This document shows positions 7,777 to 17,472 of a stretch of 64,000 nt of DNA, in pieces. Both the position numbers and the translations under genes were made by a program. Each line of letters begins with the position of its first letter. The stretch's first letter is position 1. Source of the stretch: Candidatus Pelethomonas sp. (GTDB taxonomy: Bacteria > Bacillota > Clostridia > Oscillospirales > Oscillospiraceae). Below the pieces are notes generated by a model that made no database searches, was not told where the DNA came from, and saw only the letters and a list, made by a program, of their open reading frames with translations. The DNA is taken from NCBI GenBank assembly GCA_048404665.1, contig DBFJQM010000002.1, forward strand, positions 18,845 through 82,844. Direction: 5' to 3'.

Positions 7777-10128
7777 TCACTTCCTCAGCATCGCCCGCAG
7801 TCCCCGGAAAAAGTGCCCGTTGGCCATCTCCAGCAGCCCTTGGGCCACCCCGTCGGTCATGCTCCCGCCGGCGTTGATGACGGTGGCCCGCAGGGGGCAG
7901 TCGGTGGCGCAGATCATCATCATGCAGAACGCGGGGTCGGAATAGTCCTTCCGGCCGCCGAAGCTCTTGGCGATGATGCCCTCGGTGACTTTGTATTGGA
8001 GCTTCATGACCAGGGAGCGGTCCTTCATCTCCATGCAGGAGTTGTCCAGGGTAAACTGTCCCTTTTTCGGCTCCGCTGCCAGAGGGACCAGACGCCCCAT
8101 GACCTTCTCCCACTCCTGCCGGGTGGGGACGCCGTCCAGGGTCTCATACCAGCTGCCCGCCTGCCATTCCGGCGCCGGGACAGCCTCCCCGTCGATATGG
8201 AGCGTCCCTTTCAGCCGGATATCCCGGCTGGAGGAGGCCAGCAGAAGCCCATAGTCCCCGCCGGGGACGTTCCAGCCATGATTATACACCGCAAAGCTGC
8301 GCTCGTCCAGAGGGAACTCCACTCGCCTGCTCTCCCCGGGCTGAAGTGCCACCCGGGCAAAGCCTTTCAGCTCCTTCTCCGGGCGGTGGAGGCCGCCCCT
8401 GGGCGGGGCCACATAGAGCTGGACCACCTCGGCGCCGGGAACCGCCCCTACATTGGTGATGGCGGCGGACACGCTCCCGCCCTCCACTTTCAAATCGCTG
8501 TACGCAAATTGGGTGTAGCTGAGGCCGTGGCCGAAGGGAAACCGAACCGCTTTTTTGGCCTTGTCGTAGTACCGGTAGCCCACGTAGACGCTCTCCCGGT
8601 ATTCCACATTCCGCTTTCCGAAGGTGTCCCTGGAGATCACGTCCTCATAGGTCAGCGGCCAGGTCTCGGTGAGCTTGCCGCTGGGGCTTGCCTTTCCCGT
8701 GAGCAGGTTGGCGCAGGCCCGTCCGCCCGCCTGGCCGGGCAGGCCCATGTACAGGATGGCCTTCACCTTGCCGCACCAGGGCAGCTCCATAGGGCTGCCC
8801 CCCAGCAGCACCACCACGGTGTTGGGGTTGGCGGCGGCCACCGCCTCGATCATACGGGTATGCCCCTCGGGCAGGGCCATGCTCGCCCGGTCAAAGCCCT
8901 CGGATTCGTAATTGTCCGGCAGTCCGGCCACCACCACGGCGATTTTTGCCTCCTTGGCCCCCTGGACCGCTTTCGCAAGCTCCGCCTCGGTGACGCGTCC
9001 GTCCCTGTCGCAGCAGGGGACGAAGGGCACATCCGGGAGGGCGTCGGTCAGGCTGGTGAGCCGGGTGGGGTTGATGTGGCTGGAACCGGCTCCCTGATAG
9101 CGGAAGTCCTTGGCCATGCGGCCGATGAACACCATATCGGCGGGGGAGGCCGGCAGCAGGCCGCCCTCGTTTTTCAGCAGCACCGCCCCCTCCTCGGCCA
9201 CGGTGCAGGCAAGGGCGTCGTGGCCGTCCACGTCAAAGGTCCCGTCCCCCTTCTTCCGCCGGGCGGAGCGGAAAGCCAGGCGGAGGATGCGCTCCACGGC
9301 GGCGTCGATGGTCTTTTCGTCCAGCGTCCCGCTCCTGACCGCCTCCAACGCGGCCTTCTCCATGAACCTGGAGCCGCCGGGCATATTCAGATCGCAACCG
9401 GCCCGGAAGCCCTCGATTCGGTCATTGAGGGCCCCCCAGTCGGTGACCACCATGCCGTCAAAGCCCCACTCCTCCCGCAAAACCTCCGTGAGGAGCCATT
9501 TGCTGTCGCTGGCGTGGACGCCGTTGATCTTGTTGTAGGAGCACATGACGGCGCCGGGCCTGCCCTCCCTGACGGCCAGCTCAAAGGGGGCCAGGTAGAT
9601 CTCCCGCAGGGCCCGGTCGTCCACCTGGCTGTCGCCGTTTTGCCGCTTGTACTCCTGGTTGTTGGCGGCGAAGTGCTTCAGGCCGGCGGACACCCCGGTC
9701 CCCTGCAAGCCCTTGATAAAGGCGGCGGCCAGCTTGCCGGCCAGGTAGGGGTCCTCGGACAGATACTCAAAATTCCGCCCGCAGAGGGGATTGCGCTTTA
9801 TGTTGCACCCCGGGCCCAGCACCACGTCCACCCCGGCGGCTGCGGCCTCCTCCCCGATGGCCCGCCCCTCGGCGGCATAGAGGGACCGGTCCCACGCCGC
9901 CCCGGCGGTCACCGCCGCAGGGAAGCAGGTGGCGGGAATGGAGTCGTTGACGCCGATCATGTCCGCCTCCCCGCTCTGGCAGCGCAGGCCGTGGGGGCCG
10001 TCGGACATGGTAACAGCCGGGATGCCGTACGGTTCCATGGCCTTGCTGTGCCAGAAGTCCGCCCCGGTGCAGAGGCTGATCTTGTCCTCCAGAGTCATTT
10101 TTGCCATGATTTCAGAGATATTTCCCAC
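7777..10128 (-). CDS. Glycoside hydrolase family 3 beta-glucosidase
   Basis: 783-aa ORF with GH3 N-terminal motifs (SDGPHGLR, KHFAANNQE, VVTDWGA) and an FnIII-like C-terminus. GTG 10128 sits behind GAGGAGGG inside the end of the GH78 gene. Confidence 0.9.
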   Translation of the reverse strand: MGNISEIMAKMTLEDKISLCTGADFWHSKAMEPYGIPAVTMSDGPHGLRCQSGEADMIGVNDSIPATCFPAAVTAGAAWDRSLYAAEGRAIGEEAAAAGVDVVLGPGCNIKRNPLCGRNFEYLSEDPYLAGKLAAAFIKGLQGTGVSAGLKHFAANNQEYKRQNGDSQVDDRALREIYLAPFELAVREGRPGAVMCSYNKINGVHASDSKWLLTEVLREEWGFDGMVVTDWGALNDRIEGFRAGCDLNMPGGSRFMEKAALEAVRSGTLDEKTIDAAVERILRLAFRSARRKKGDGTFDVDGHDALACTVAEEGAVLLKNEGGLLPASPADMVFIGRMAKDFRYQGAGSSHINPTRLTSLTDALPDVPFVPCCDRDGRVTEAELAKAVQGAKEAKIAVVVAGLPDNYESEGFDRASMALPEGHTRMIEAVAAANPNTVVVLLGGSPMELPWCGKVKAILYMGLPGQAGGRACANLLTGKASPSGKLTETWPLTYEDVISRDTFGKRNVEYRESVYVGYRYYDKAKKAVRFPFGHGLSYTQFAYSDLKVEGGSVSAAITNVGAVPGAEVVQLYVAPPRGGLHRPEKELKGFARVALQPGESRRVEFPLDERSFAVYNHGWNVPGGDYGLLLASSSRDIRLKGTLHIDGEAVPAPEWQAGSWYETLDGVPTRQEWEKVMGRLVPLAAEPKKGQFTLDNSCMEMKDRSLVMKLQYKVTEGIIAKSFGGRKDYSDPAFCMMMICATDCPLRATVINAGGSMTDGVAQGLLEMANGHFFRGLRAMLRK

Positions 10129-10130
10129 GG

Positions 10131-12686
10131 TCAGCCCTCCTCAAAGGTATAGGTCCCCGCCGGCAGCTCCCGCTTCAGCCCTCCGGGCAGCGCCAGCTCC
10201 GCCGTGCAGTTGGCGGGGACCGTGACGGTGTATGCCGTCTTTCCGTTCCGCCGCTCCCATCTGCTCTCCACTGTACCATATACGCTGTCATAGCGCAAGC
10301 CCGCGGCGGTAAAGTGTCCGCCGGGACGGGGCGCAACGGTGAAGCGGTTTTCTCCGGCCACCTGGATGCCGCACATGACCCGGAACACCCACTCGCATGC
10401 CGCCCCCTTGGAGTAGTGGTTCAGAGAGGCGATGCCCCCCTGGGCCCGGGTACCCTCCCAGCTCTCCCAGATGGTGGTAGCGCCGCTTTTGGGCATGGCC
10501 AGCCAGCCGGGAATCTCCTCGTTTTCCAGTAGCTTGTAGGCGTATTCAATATCCAGGTCCGAGAGCACATAGAGGATCAGCGGCGTGGACAAAAATCCGG
10601 TGCCCACCCGCCAGCCGTAGTGCTCCAGCGCCTGAAGCAGCCGCTTTTTCGCGTACTCGGTCTGCTTCTGGCTCAAAAGCCCGAAGTACAGCGGCCGCAC
10701 CAGCCGGGCCTGCCGGTCGGTGTCCAGGCTGTAGGTCCTTGTCTCCACCAGCTCCTGATAGGCGGCGGTGCAGCCCCGCTGATATTCCCGGTACAGGGGC
10801 ACGTCCTCCGTTTTCCCCAACGCCTGGGCCATCTCCGCCATGACAGCCATCACATAGGCGGTGTAGGCGGTGGACACCTCCGGGTGGGGCGCCACCATGT
10901 CCGTCCACCGGTTGGGGTACACGTCCGCCGGCTCCGCCCACTCGCCGTAGGACTGTCCGGCGTTGACGGCGTATTGCTTCGCTTTGCCTTTCAGCCCCAG
11001 GGGCTTGGCAAACAGGCCCAGCCTGCCGCACCGCCTCATCATAAAGCGGGCGTACCGGGCCATGGCGTCGTAGTTGTCCCGGATAAAGTCCATATCTCCG
11101 TACAGCTTCCAGCAGCGGTAGGGAATCAGCACCCCCGCGTCCGACCACCCCACCGAGCCGTTCATGGTGTTCATATAGGAGTCCACCCCGCCGTAGGGGG
11201 CGATCTGTGGGAAGCAGCCGTCCTTCCGCTGCCAGTCGGTCAGGTCCCGGATGTGCTTTTTGGCGAAGGGAATGTAGTTCATCAGATAGCCCGCCGTGAC
11301 GGCAAAGAGCTGGCTGTCCCCCGTCCAGCCGTGGCGCTCCCGGGTGGGGCAGTCGGTGGGCACGTCGGCGGAGTTGTTCTTGGCGCTCCACAGGGTACAG
11401 TCCACGAACCGGTTGAGAAGCGGGTTGGAGGAAGCGAACCGGGCCGTGACCTCCAGATTGGAGTAGACGGCGATGGCGGTGAAATCCTCCGGGGCAAAGG
11501 GCGCATCGGTCTCCACCAGCACATACCGGAACCCGAAGATGGCAAAGGCGGTCTTGTATTCGTTCTCCCCAGCCTTGCAGATGTACTCCACCTGCTGGAG
11601 GGGCGTGGCGATCTTTTTGTTGGAGCATTGGATATTCCTTTGGGTAAATTCGCCCGTATCGTCCAGCATCTCGCCGAACCGCAGGAATACCCGCTGCCCG
11701 GCCCGGGCCGTCAGGGAGAACGCCGCATAACCCGCGATGTTCTGCCCGAAGTCCAGCACCTTCCTGCCGGTGGGCGTGGTGATAAGCGTGGGCTTGAACC
11801 GCTCATGCTCGGTGACAGGCACATTGTTGGAGGCGGCAGGGACCACGCTGTGGCCGGTTTCCCGCGCTTTCCCGCCGCAGCTTGGGACCCGGCGGGCGTC
11901 CACCACCTCGCCGTCCTTGTTGTCGGCAAAGCGGACGGGGCCGTCGTTGGACCACTGCCAGGTCTCGTCGGTGCCGATGGTCTCCACCGTGCCGTCCGGG
12001 CCGGTCAGCTCCAGCTGAGCCAGCAGCTTGGTCTGGACGCCGTACTGGTTCCGAAGCCCCCAGGCCCCGCAGCTGCCCCGGTACCAGCCGTCCGCCAGCT
12101 GGAAGGTCAGCTCGTTTTGACCCTCCCGCAGCAGGGCGGTCACGTCGTAGGTCTGGTACTGCACCCGTTTGCGGTAGTCGGTATGGCCGGGAGCCAGGAC
12201 AAAATTACCGATCCGCTCCCCGTTCAGCCGCCCCTCGTACAGCCCGCAGGCGGTAGCATACAGCCGGGCCTTTACAATGTTCCGAACGACAAAGGTCCTG
12301 CGGAAGCAGTCCACGGGGTAGCGCTGCTTTTTGTTCACCTTATAGTCCCCGGTGATCCATTTGGCCGTCCAGTCCTCCGGCCTGAGCAGCCCCATCTCAA
12401 AAAACGCCGGCTCCGACCAGGGGCCCTCGGCCCCGTTTTCGTCCCACAGGCGCACCCGCCACGCCACTCTTGTCCGGGAGGTGAGCGTTCCCCCATAGGG
12501 GATGTGGGTCATCCGGCCGCTCTCCACTTTTCCGCTGTCCCAGACAGCGGTTCCGCCGGCCTCCGCCGCGATCTGATAGGCGGTCTGCTTCACCCCGCCC
12601 TCGCAGCTCCAGAACAGCCGGGGCTGGAGCGTGTCAATGCCCATGGGGTCTTTCAGATATTCCGTTCTCAGCCGAATCGCACGCAT
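10131..12686 (-). CDS. Alpha-L-rhamnosidase (glycoside hydrolase family 78)
   Basis: ORF 10131..12749, trimmed to MRAIRLRTEYLKDPMGIDTLQPRLFWSC (ATG 12686). This is the typical bacterial rhamnosidase N-terminus and (alpha/alpha)6 domain length. Confidence 0.9.
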   Translation of the reverse strand: MRAIRLRTEYLKDPMGIDTLQPRLFWSCEGGVKQTAYQIAAEAGGTAVWDSGKVESGRMTHIPYGGTLTSRTRVAWRVRLWDENGAEGPWSEPAFFEMGLLRPEDWTAKWITGDYKVNKKQRYPVDCFRRTFVVRNIVKARLYATACGLYEGRLNGERIGNFVLAPGHTDYRKRVQYQTYDVTALLREGQNELTFQLADGWYRGSCGAWGLRNQYGVQTKLLAQLELTGPDGTVETIGTDETWQWSNDGPVRFADNKDGEVVDARRVPSCGGKARETGHSVVPAASNNVPVTEHERFKPTLITTPTGRKVLDFGQNIAGYAAFSLTARAGQRVFLRFGEMLDDTGEFTQRNIQCSNKKIATPLQQVEYICKAGENEYKTAFAIFGFRYVLVETDAPFAPEDFTAIAVYSNLEVTARFASSNPLLNRFVDCTLWSAKNNSADVPTDCPTRERHGWTGDSQLFAVTAGYLMNYIPFAKKHIRDLTDWQRKDGCFPQIAPYGGVDSYMNTMNGSVGWSDAGVLIPYRCWKLYGDMDFIRDNYDAMARYARFMMRRCGRLGLFAKPLGLKGKAKQYAVNAGQSYGEWAEPADVYPNRWTDMVAPHPEVSTAYTAYVMAVMAEMAQALGKTEDVPLYREYQRGCTAAYQELVETRTYSLDTDRQARLVRPLYFGLLSQKQTEYAKKRLLQALEHYGWRVGTGFLSTPLILYVLSDLDIEYAYKLLENEEIPGWLAMPKSGATTIWESWEGTRAQGGIASLNHYSKGAACEWVFRVMCGIQVAGENRFTVAPRPGGHFTAAGLRYDSVYGTVESRWERRNGKTAYTVTVPANCTAELALPGGLKRELPAGTYTFEEG

Positions 12687-12687
12687 A

Positions 12688-14151
12688 CTATTCACCCTTC
12701 CTGCGGGCCTTGATTTCCTCCTGCTTTTTGCTGATGTCCTTCTCCACATTCAGGAAGATGAGCAGCGCCGCTAAGACAGCGCCGGTGAACACCTCCAGGC
12801 CCACAAAGCCGAAGGTGATGACGTTCTGCACCGCCGGGGTCTGGGCGGCGGCCACCGTCACCCCGTCCACGATCTCGGGGGCAATGTAGCCCGCCCCGGC
12901 CAGCCAGCCGTTAAAGATGCCGGTACACACCCCCACCATGGCTACGGCGATGATGTTGTACACCGACATGGCGATGCCGTCGCAGCGGAAGCCGGTCTTC
13001 CACTCCAGGTGGTCCAGCACGTCGGCAAACAGGGCCATGAACACGTAGGAGCAGGGCAGCCCGCCGATATTCTTGATGAACTGTCCCACCAGCATGATGG
13101 TCATATTGTGGGGGAAGGCCCAGCAGATGGCGCCGCCGACAGCGTAGAGGACAAATCCGGCCAGGGTCACGTTCCGCTTGCCGAACTTTTTCGCCAGGGG
13201 CCAGACGGCAAAGATGCCGATGCCCATGGGGATGCCGCCGATGACCGAGATCATGGTCTGGGTGATCCCGTCGTTGTAGGCGCCCAGCACATAGTTGCAG
13301 AAATAGACCAGGCTGATATTTTTGATGCAGCTGCCCGCGGTGAAGATGAGGAAATAGATGTAGATGATGAGCATATACTTATCGGTAAAAATGGCCTTCA
13401 GCTGCCGGGCAAAGGGGGCGGGCGGTTCCCCCGCCGCCTGGTTTTCCAGGGTGACCCGCTCCTTGGTGAAGAAGTATTCCACCAGCGTCAGCGGCAGGGC
13501 CAGAATGGACAGGCCGCTCATAAGTCCGATCCACTTGCCCTGGTCCACCCCCAGCATGGGCATGATGACCATAGGGAATACAAGGGCCACCAGGATGCCG
13601 CTCATCATAATGGTGGTGATCTGGTTAAAGACCGACAGCCCGCCCCGCGCCGTGGTGTCCCGGGTAGACAGGGGCACCATCAGGTTGTGGCTCATGTTGA
13701 AAATGGTGTAGGCGAAGGAGTAGAACAGGTTATAGGACACCATGACCCAGATGACCTGCACTGTCTCTCCGGCGTTGGGCACCGTAAAGAGCAGGACGCC
13801 GGTGACGGTCAGCAGCGGGGCCGACAGCAGAAGCCACGGCCGGGCCTTGCCCTCCCTGGTGCGGGTGTGGTCGATGATATAGCCCATCACCACGTTGGTA
13901 ATGGCGTCGATGACCTTGGACACGATGGGGAACACCACCAGAAAGGCCCCGCCCCACACATGGGTCAGCTTCAGCACGTCGGTATAGTACACGTTCAGAT
14001 AGGTGGCCAGCACCGCGTTGAGCAGCAGCGCCCCGGCGGGACCCAGCAGATAGCCCAGCCATTTTTCCGGGCGGGTCACGTTGTCCGAACGGATGCGGCT
14101 TGCCGGCAGGAGCCTGCTATGCCGGGCGCCCTTGTTCCTTGTTTTCTCCAT
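12688..14151 (-). CDS. Glycoside-pentoside-hexuronide (GPH):cation symporter, MFS superfamily
   Basis: ORF 12688..14184, trimmed to MEKTRNK (ATG 14151) behind GAGGAGG. About 12 predicted TM segments and GPH-like motifs. Confidence 0.85.
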   Translation of the reverse strand: MEKTRNKGARHSRLLPASRIRSDNVTRPEKWLGYLLGPAGALLLNAVLATYLNVYYTDVLKLTHVWGGAFLVVFPIVSKVIDAITNVVMGYIIDHTRTREGKARPWLLLSAPLLTVTGVLLFTVPNAGETVQVIWVMVSYNLFYSFAYTIFNMSHNLMVPLSTRDTTARGGLSVFNQITTIMMSGILVALVFPMVIMPMLGVDQGKWIGLMSGLSILALPLTLVEYFFTKERVTLENQAAGEPPAPFARQLKAIFTDKYMLIIYIYFLIFTAGSCIKNISLVYFCNYVLGAYNDGITQTMISVIGGIPMGIGIFAVWPLAKKFGKRNVTLAGFVLYAVGGAICWAFPHNMTIMLVGQFIKNIGGLPCSYVFMALFADVLDHLEWKTGFRCDGIAMSVYNIIAVAMVGVCTGIFNGWLAGAGYIAPEIVDGVTVAAAQTPAVQNVITFGFVGLEVFTGAVLAALLIFLNVEKDISKKQEEIKARRKGE

Positions 14152-14220
14152 CAAATAACCCCTCCTCAGTGCCTTTTGCGGCACAGTTTATACCAGTATT
14201 GTCACACATTTTTTACGATG

Positions 14221-14257
14221 GATATATCATTTTTCAGCAAAGTGTGATATCATTCAG
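14221..14257. promoter_or_regulatory. Direct repeats GATAT(A)TCATT..TCAG in the divergent transporter/AraC intergenic region (candidate AraC-type operator)
   Basis: GATATATCATTTTTCAG (14221-14237) and GATATCATTCAG (14246-14257). Confidence 0.3.
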
Positions 14258-14284
14258 AAAAAGCACTGTGAGAAGGGATCATTT

Positions 14285-15502
14285 ATGACAGATACCGCTC
14301 TGCTGGACCAGTTCCATGAGCTTACCGGGCTTCCGCTGTGCCTCTGCTCCGGCGCCGGGGAGGCTCTGCACTACTGTCCCAACTTCCCCCGCCTTCCCAT
14401 GTCCCGCGACTATCTCACCTACTGCGTGATGGATTTTTCCCTCCAAAAGCGGGACGGGGACCACCCGCTGGTGCTGGTCTTTGAGCCGGGATACTTCCTG
14501 GGCGTGGCCCGCCTGGCGGAGGACGCCTACCTGATGCTTGGCCCCGCCGGACCTCAGCGGCCCCGGCGGGAGGCCATTCTGGACATGTGCCGGGAGGTGA
14601 TCGTCCCCGACCTGCTGCTTGCTTTCTGCGAGCTCCTCGCCAATATGCCCACCTATTCCTACCGCCGGTTTTCCATCGCCCTCTCCCTGGCCATCCGGCT
14701 GTGTGCCGGGCGGCGGGTCCCCCTGGAGGACATTCTGCTGTGCAACAACACCCTTCAGCAAAACACGGTGGAGCAGGTCTGGCAGGACACGCTGTTTCAC
14801 GCGCGGGAACAGGAGGAGCCCGCCCGCCACGCCAGCGTCAGCTTTGAAGCCGGGGTCTTGGACGCCATCGAACGCGGCGACCCGGCGGAGCTGCGGCAGC
14901 GGTTTCTCCAGCCCACCGGCGGCAGCGAGGGGCTGATGTCCCTGGACCTGCTGCGGCAGAGCAAATACACCTTTGTCTCCTTTGTGACCATGGTGACCAG
15001 GGCGGCCATCCGGGGCGGGATGCCCCCGGAGGAGGCCTTCTCCCTCAGCGACAGCTACTGCCAGCAGATGGACCGGCTGATGGGCCCCGTCGACGTGGAC
15101 GCCCTCAGCTACAAAATGGCCATGGACTTCTGCGGCAAGGTGGGGCAGCTTCAGGCGGCGGGAGAACGCTCCCCGGAGCTGCGGCGGTGCCTAGACTACA
15201 TCGGACAAAACCTCCACCGCCCCATTCGGGCGGAGGAGCTGGCGGAGTATGCCGGCGTAAGCACCCGCAGCCTGTCCGACCGGTTCCGGCGGGAGCTGGG
15301 CGTGAGTCTCCCGGTCTATGTCTTGGGGGAGCGGCTCCGGGAGGCGGCATACCTCCTGACAGCGTCGGAGCTGTCCCTCTCGGAGATCTCGTCCTATCTG
15401 CAATTCAGCTCTCAAAGCCATTTCACCAAGCGCTTCCGGGAGCAGTTTGGCTGCACGCCAAACCAATATCGCAGGCAGGGCGGAGGCACCTCCCCCGGCT
15501 AA
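14285..15502 (+). CDS. AraC-family transcriptional regulator (probable rhamnose-locus regulator)
   Basis: 405-aa ORF with a C-terminal double HTH (...YAGVSTRSLSDRFRRELGVS...SSQSHFTKRFREQFGCTPNQYRR); divergent from the rhamnoside operon. Confidence 0.9.
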   Translation: MTDTALLDQFHELTGLPLCLCSGAGEALHYCPNFPRLPMSRDYLTYCVMDFSLQKRDGDHPLVLVFEPGYFLGVARLAEDAYLMLGPAGPQRPRREAILDMCREVIVPDLLLAFCELLANMPTYSYRRFSIALSLAIRLCAGRRVPLEDILLCNNTLQQNTVEQVWQDTLFHAREQEEPARHASVSFEAGVLDAIERGDPAELRQRFLQPTGGSEGLMSLDLLRQSKYTFVSFVTMVTRAAIRGGMPPEEAFSLSDSYCQQMDRLMGPVDVDALSYKMAMDFCGKVGQLQAAGERSPELRRCLDYIGQNLHRPIRAEELAEYAGVSTRSLSDRFRRELGVSLPVYVLGERLREAAYLLTASELSLSEISSYLQFSSQSHFTKRFREQFGCTPNQYRRQGGGTSPG

Positions 15503-15603
15503 AACGGCAGGGCGTCTTACACCAAGTGTTTTCTCGGAATATCGCCCCGAAAGATTTGAACCGCAGAGAACGGGAGACTTACAGGAAGCATTGCCCGGGC
15601 AAG

Positions 15604-15651
15604 AAAACGCCCTCCGGCTATGGCGATACCCCATAGTCAGAGGGCGCTTTT
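15604..15651. terminator. Bidirectional intrinsic terminator (copy 2 of repeat element)
   Basis: AAAACGCCCTCCGGCTATGG-cgatacc-CCATAGTCAGAGGGCGCTTTT between the convergent AraC gene and the ABC exporter. Confidence 0.65.
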
Positions 15652-15738
15652 GACCATATGACATACCGCAGACAGGCGCGGAGAGCAGGGAAACCGCTGC
15701 CTTCAAAGGGGGATAAGCGTATGCGGCGGCTTCTCCCT

Positions 15739-17472
15739 TTACCCCAGGGACCAGGTCTGGCTCTCGGTTTGGAGCTGCACCATCCGGGCGAAGGCCCCGT
15801 TTGGGGCCATCAGCTCAGCCGGCGTACCCAGCTCGGCCACGGCGCCGTGGTCCAGCACCACGATCTGGTCGGCGTTCTCCACGGTGCGCATCCGGTGGGC
15901 GATGATGAGCACCGTCTTGTCCTTCACCAGCCGGGAAATGGCCTGCTGGATCTCGGTCTCGTTCTCGGCGTCCAGGGAGGCGGTGGCCTCGTCCAGCAGG
16001 ATGATGGGGGCGTCCTTTAAAAGCGCCCGGGCGATGGAGATGCGCTGACGTTCACCGCCGGAGAGAGTGGAGCCGTTTTCCCCGATCATGGTCTGATACC
16101 CCTGGGGGAGCTTCTGGATAAACTCCTCGCACATGGCCGCTTTCGCCGCCGCCACGACCTCGGCGTCGGTGGCGTCCTTGCGGCCCAGGCGGATGTTTTC
16201 CATGACCGTATTGTTGAACAGGGTCACGTCCTGGAACACGATGGAATAGGCGGTCAGCAGCTTTTCCGGGTCCACCGTGGACACATCCACGCCGCCGACG
16301 GTGATCCTGCCCCGCTCCACATCCCAGAACCGGGCGGCCAGCTTTGCGGCTGTGGACTTGCCCCCGCCGCTGGGACCGATCAGGGCGGTGACCTCGCCCT
16401 GCCGGGCGGTGAAGGAGACATCCTTCAGCACGGTCTCGCCGCTGTTATAGGCAAAGCCCACATGTTCAAAGGTGATGTCGTAGCCTTTCGGCGCAAACGC
16501 CGCCTCGCCGTCCTGCACCTTGCTGCCCCAGATCTCATTCATGCGGTCGATGTTCACCTGCAGGGAGTTCATGGCCGCCAGGTTTTGCAGGGAGAAGGAC
16601 ATAGGCTCGTAGAGCCGGGAGACCACCAGCAGGAACAGGAAGAAGGTGACAAGGGACAGCTCGCCGCTGATGAGGCGCATACTTCCCACCAGGGCCACCG
16701 AGGCTATGCCCAGCTTCAGGATCATCTGGGCCGGGACCACGAACATGGCCGCGCCCAACTCACTCTTGATCATTCGGCCTTCCAGCCCATCTATTTTCTT
16801 GTTCAAGCCGCCGAGATACGCCTGCTCCGCCTTGTTGCTTTTCAGGTCACGGATGGTTTCCAGGCACTCCTGCACACCGTCTGCAACGGCGATCAAGGCG
16901 GCGTTTTGCCTGCGGGTGAAATAGTTCTGCATCTTCTTGGAGAAGCCCACGATGACCAGCGCCACCGGCAGCACCCACAAGGCCGCAATCGCCATCTGCC
17001 AATCGCAGCACAGCAGGCCGGCCGCCACCAGGCAGGTGGAGAGGATGGAGCCATAGAACTGCGGGACATAGTGGGAGAACATCTGCTCGGTGGTGGACAC
17101 GTCCCCCATGATGGTGTTGGTCAGGTCCGCCAGGTCCTTTCTGCCGAAGAAGGAGAGGGGCAGCCGCCGCAGCTTCTCCGCCAGTCTGATGCGGCACGCG
17201 CCGGATTCCCGGTAGGTGGAGAAGTACGTGGCATTGTACTTCCAAAACTCCGTCAGGAGCACCAGGGCCAGGGCGGCGGCGATACCGACGCCGTAGAAGA
17301 CGCAGCTCCGAAGGACCGCGCCGCTGCTGAGAAAATCACTGACAAGCAGATAAAGAAGCCCCACCGGGAACATCAGCGCCAGATCCCCCACCGCGCAGGC
17401 AATGGTGGCCCTGACAAGCCCTTTTGCCCCTTCTTCGGAGAGGGCGAAGCGTTTCATCAATCGCTGCGTCAT
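15739..17472 (-). CDS. ABC transporter, fused permease/ATP-binding subunit (exporter type, second gene of the pair)
   Basis: ORF 15739..17520, trimmed to MTQRLMKRF (ATG 17472), which overlaps the upstream stop by ATGA. Walker A GPSGGGKST, signature LSGGERQR, Walker B IILLDEA. Confidence 0.9.
   Translation of the reverse strand: MTQRLMKRFALSEEGAKGLVRATIACAVGDLALMFPVGLLYLLVSDFLSSGAVLRSCVFYGVGIAAALALVLLTEFWKYNATYFSTYRESGACRIRLAEKLRRLPLSFFGRKDLADLTNTIMGDVSTTEQMFSHYVPQFYGSILSTCLVAAGLLCCDWQMAIAALWVLPVALVIVGFSKKMQNYFTRRQNAALIAVADGVQECLETIRDLKSNKAEQAYLGGLNKKIDGLEGRMIKSELGAAMFVVPAQMILKLGIASVALVGSMRLISGELSLVTFFLFLLVVSRLYEPMSFSLQNLAAMNSLQVNIDRMNEIWGSKVQDGEAAFAPKGYDITFEHVGFAYNSGETVLKDVSFTARQGEVTALIGPSGGGKSTAAKLAARFWDVERGRITVGGVDVSTVDPEKLLTAYSIVFQDVTLFNNTVMENIRLGRKDATDAEVVAAAKAAMCEEFIQKLPQGYQTMIGENGSTLSGGERQRISIARALLKDAPIILLDEATASLDAENETEIQQAISRLVKDKTVLIIAHRMRTVENADQIVVLDHGAVAELGTPAELMAPNGAFARMVQLQTESQTWSLG

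Noticed and set aside
7769-8113. N-terminal extensions of track ORFs, such as rhaB to 8113, the hydrolase to 3140, the rhamnosidase to 12749, rnfG to 58231 and the amidase to 29128.
   Set aside because: The extensions overlap upstream genes, are Arg/Gly/Pro-rich, and lack an RBS. Internal ATG/GTG codons with good Shine-Dalgarno sequences give canonical N-termini.
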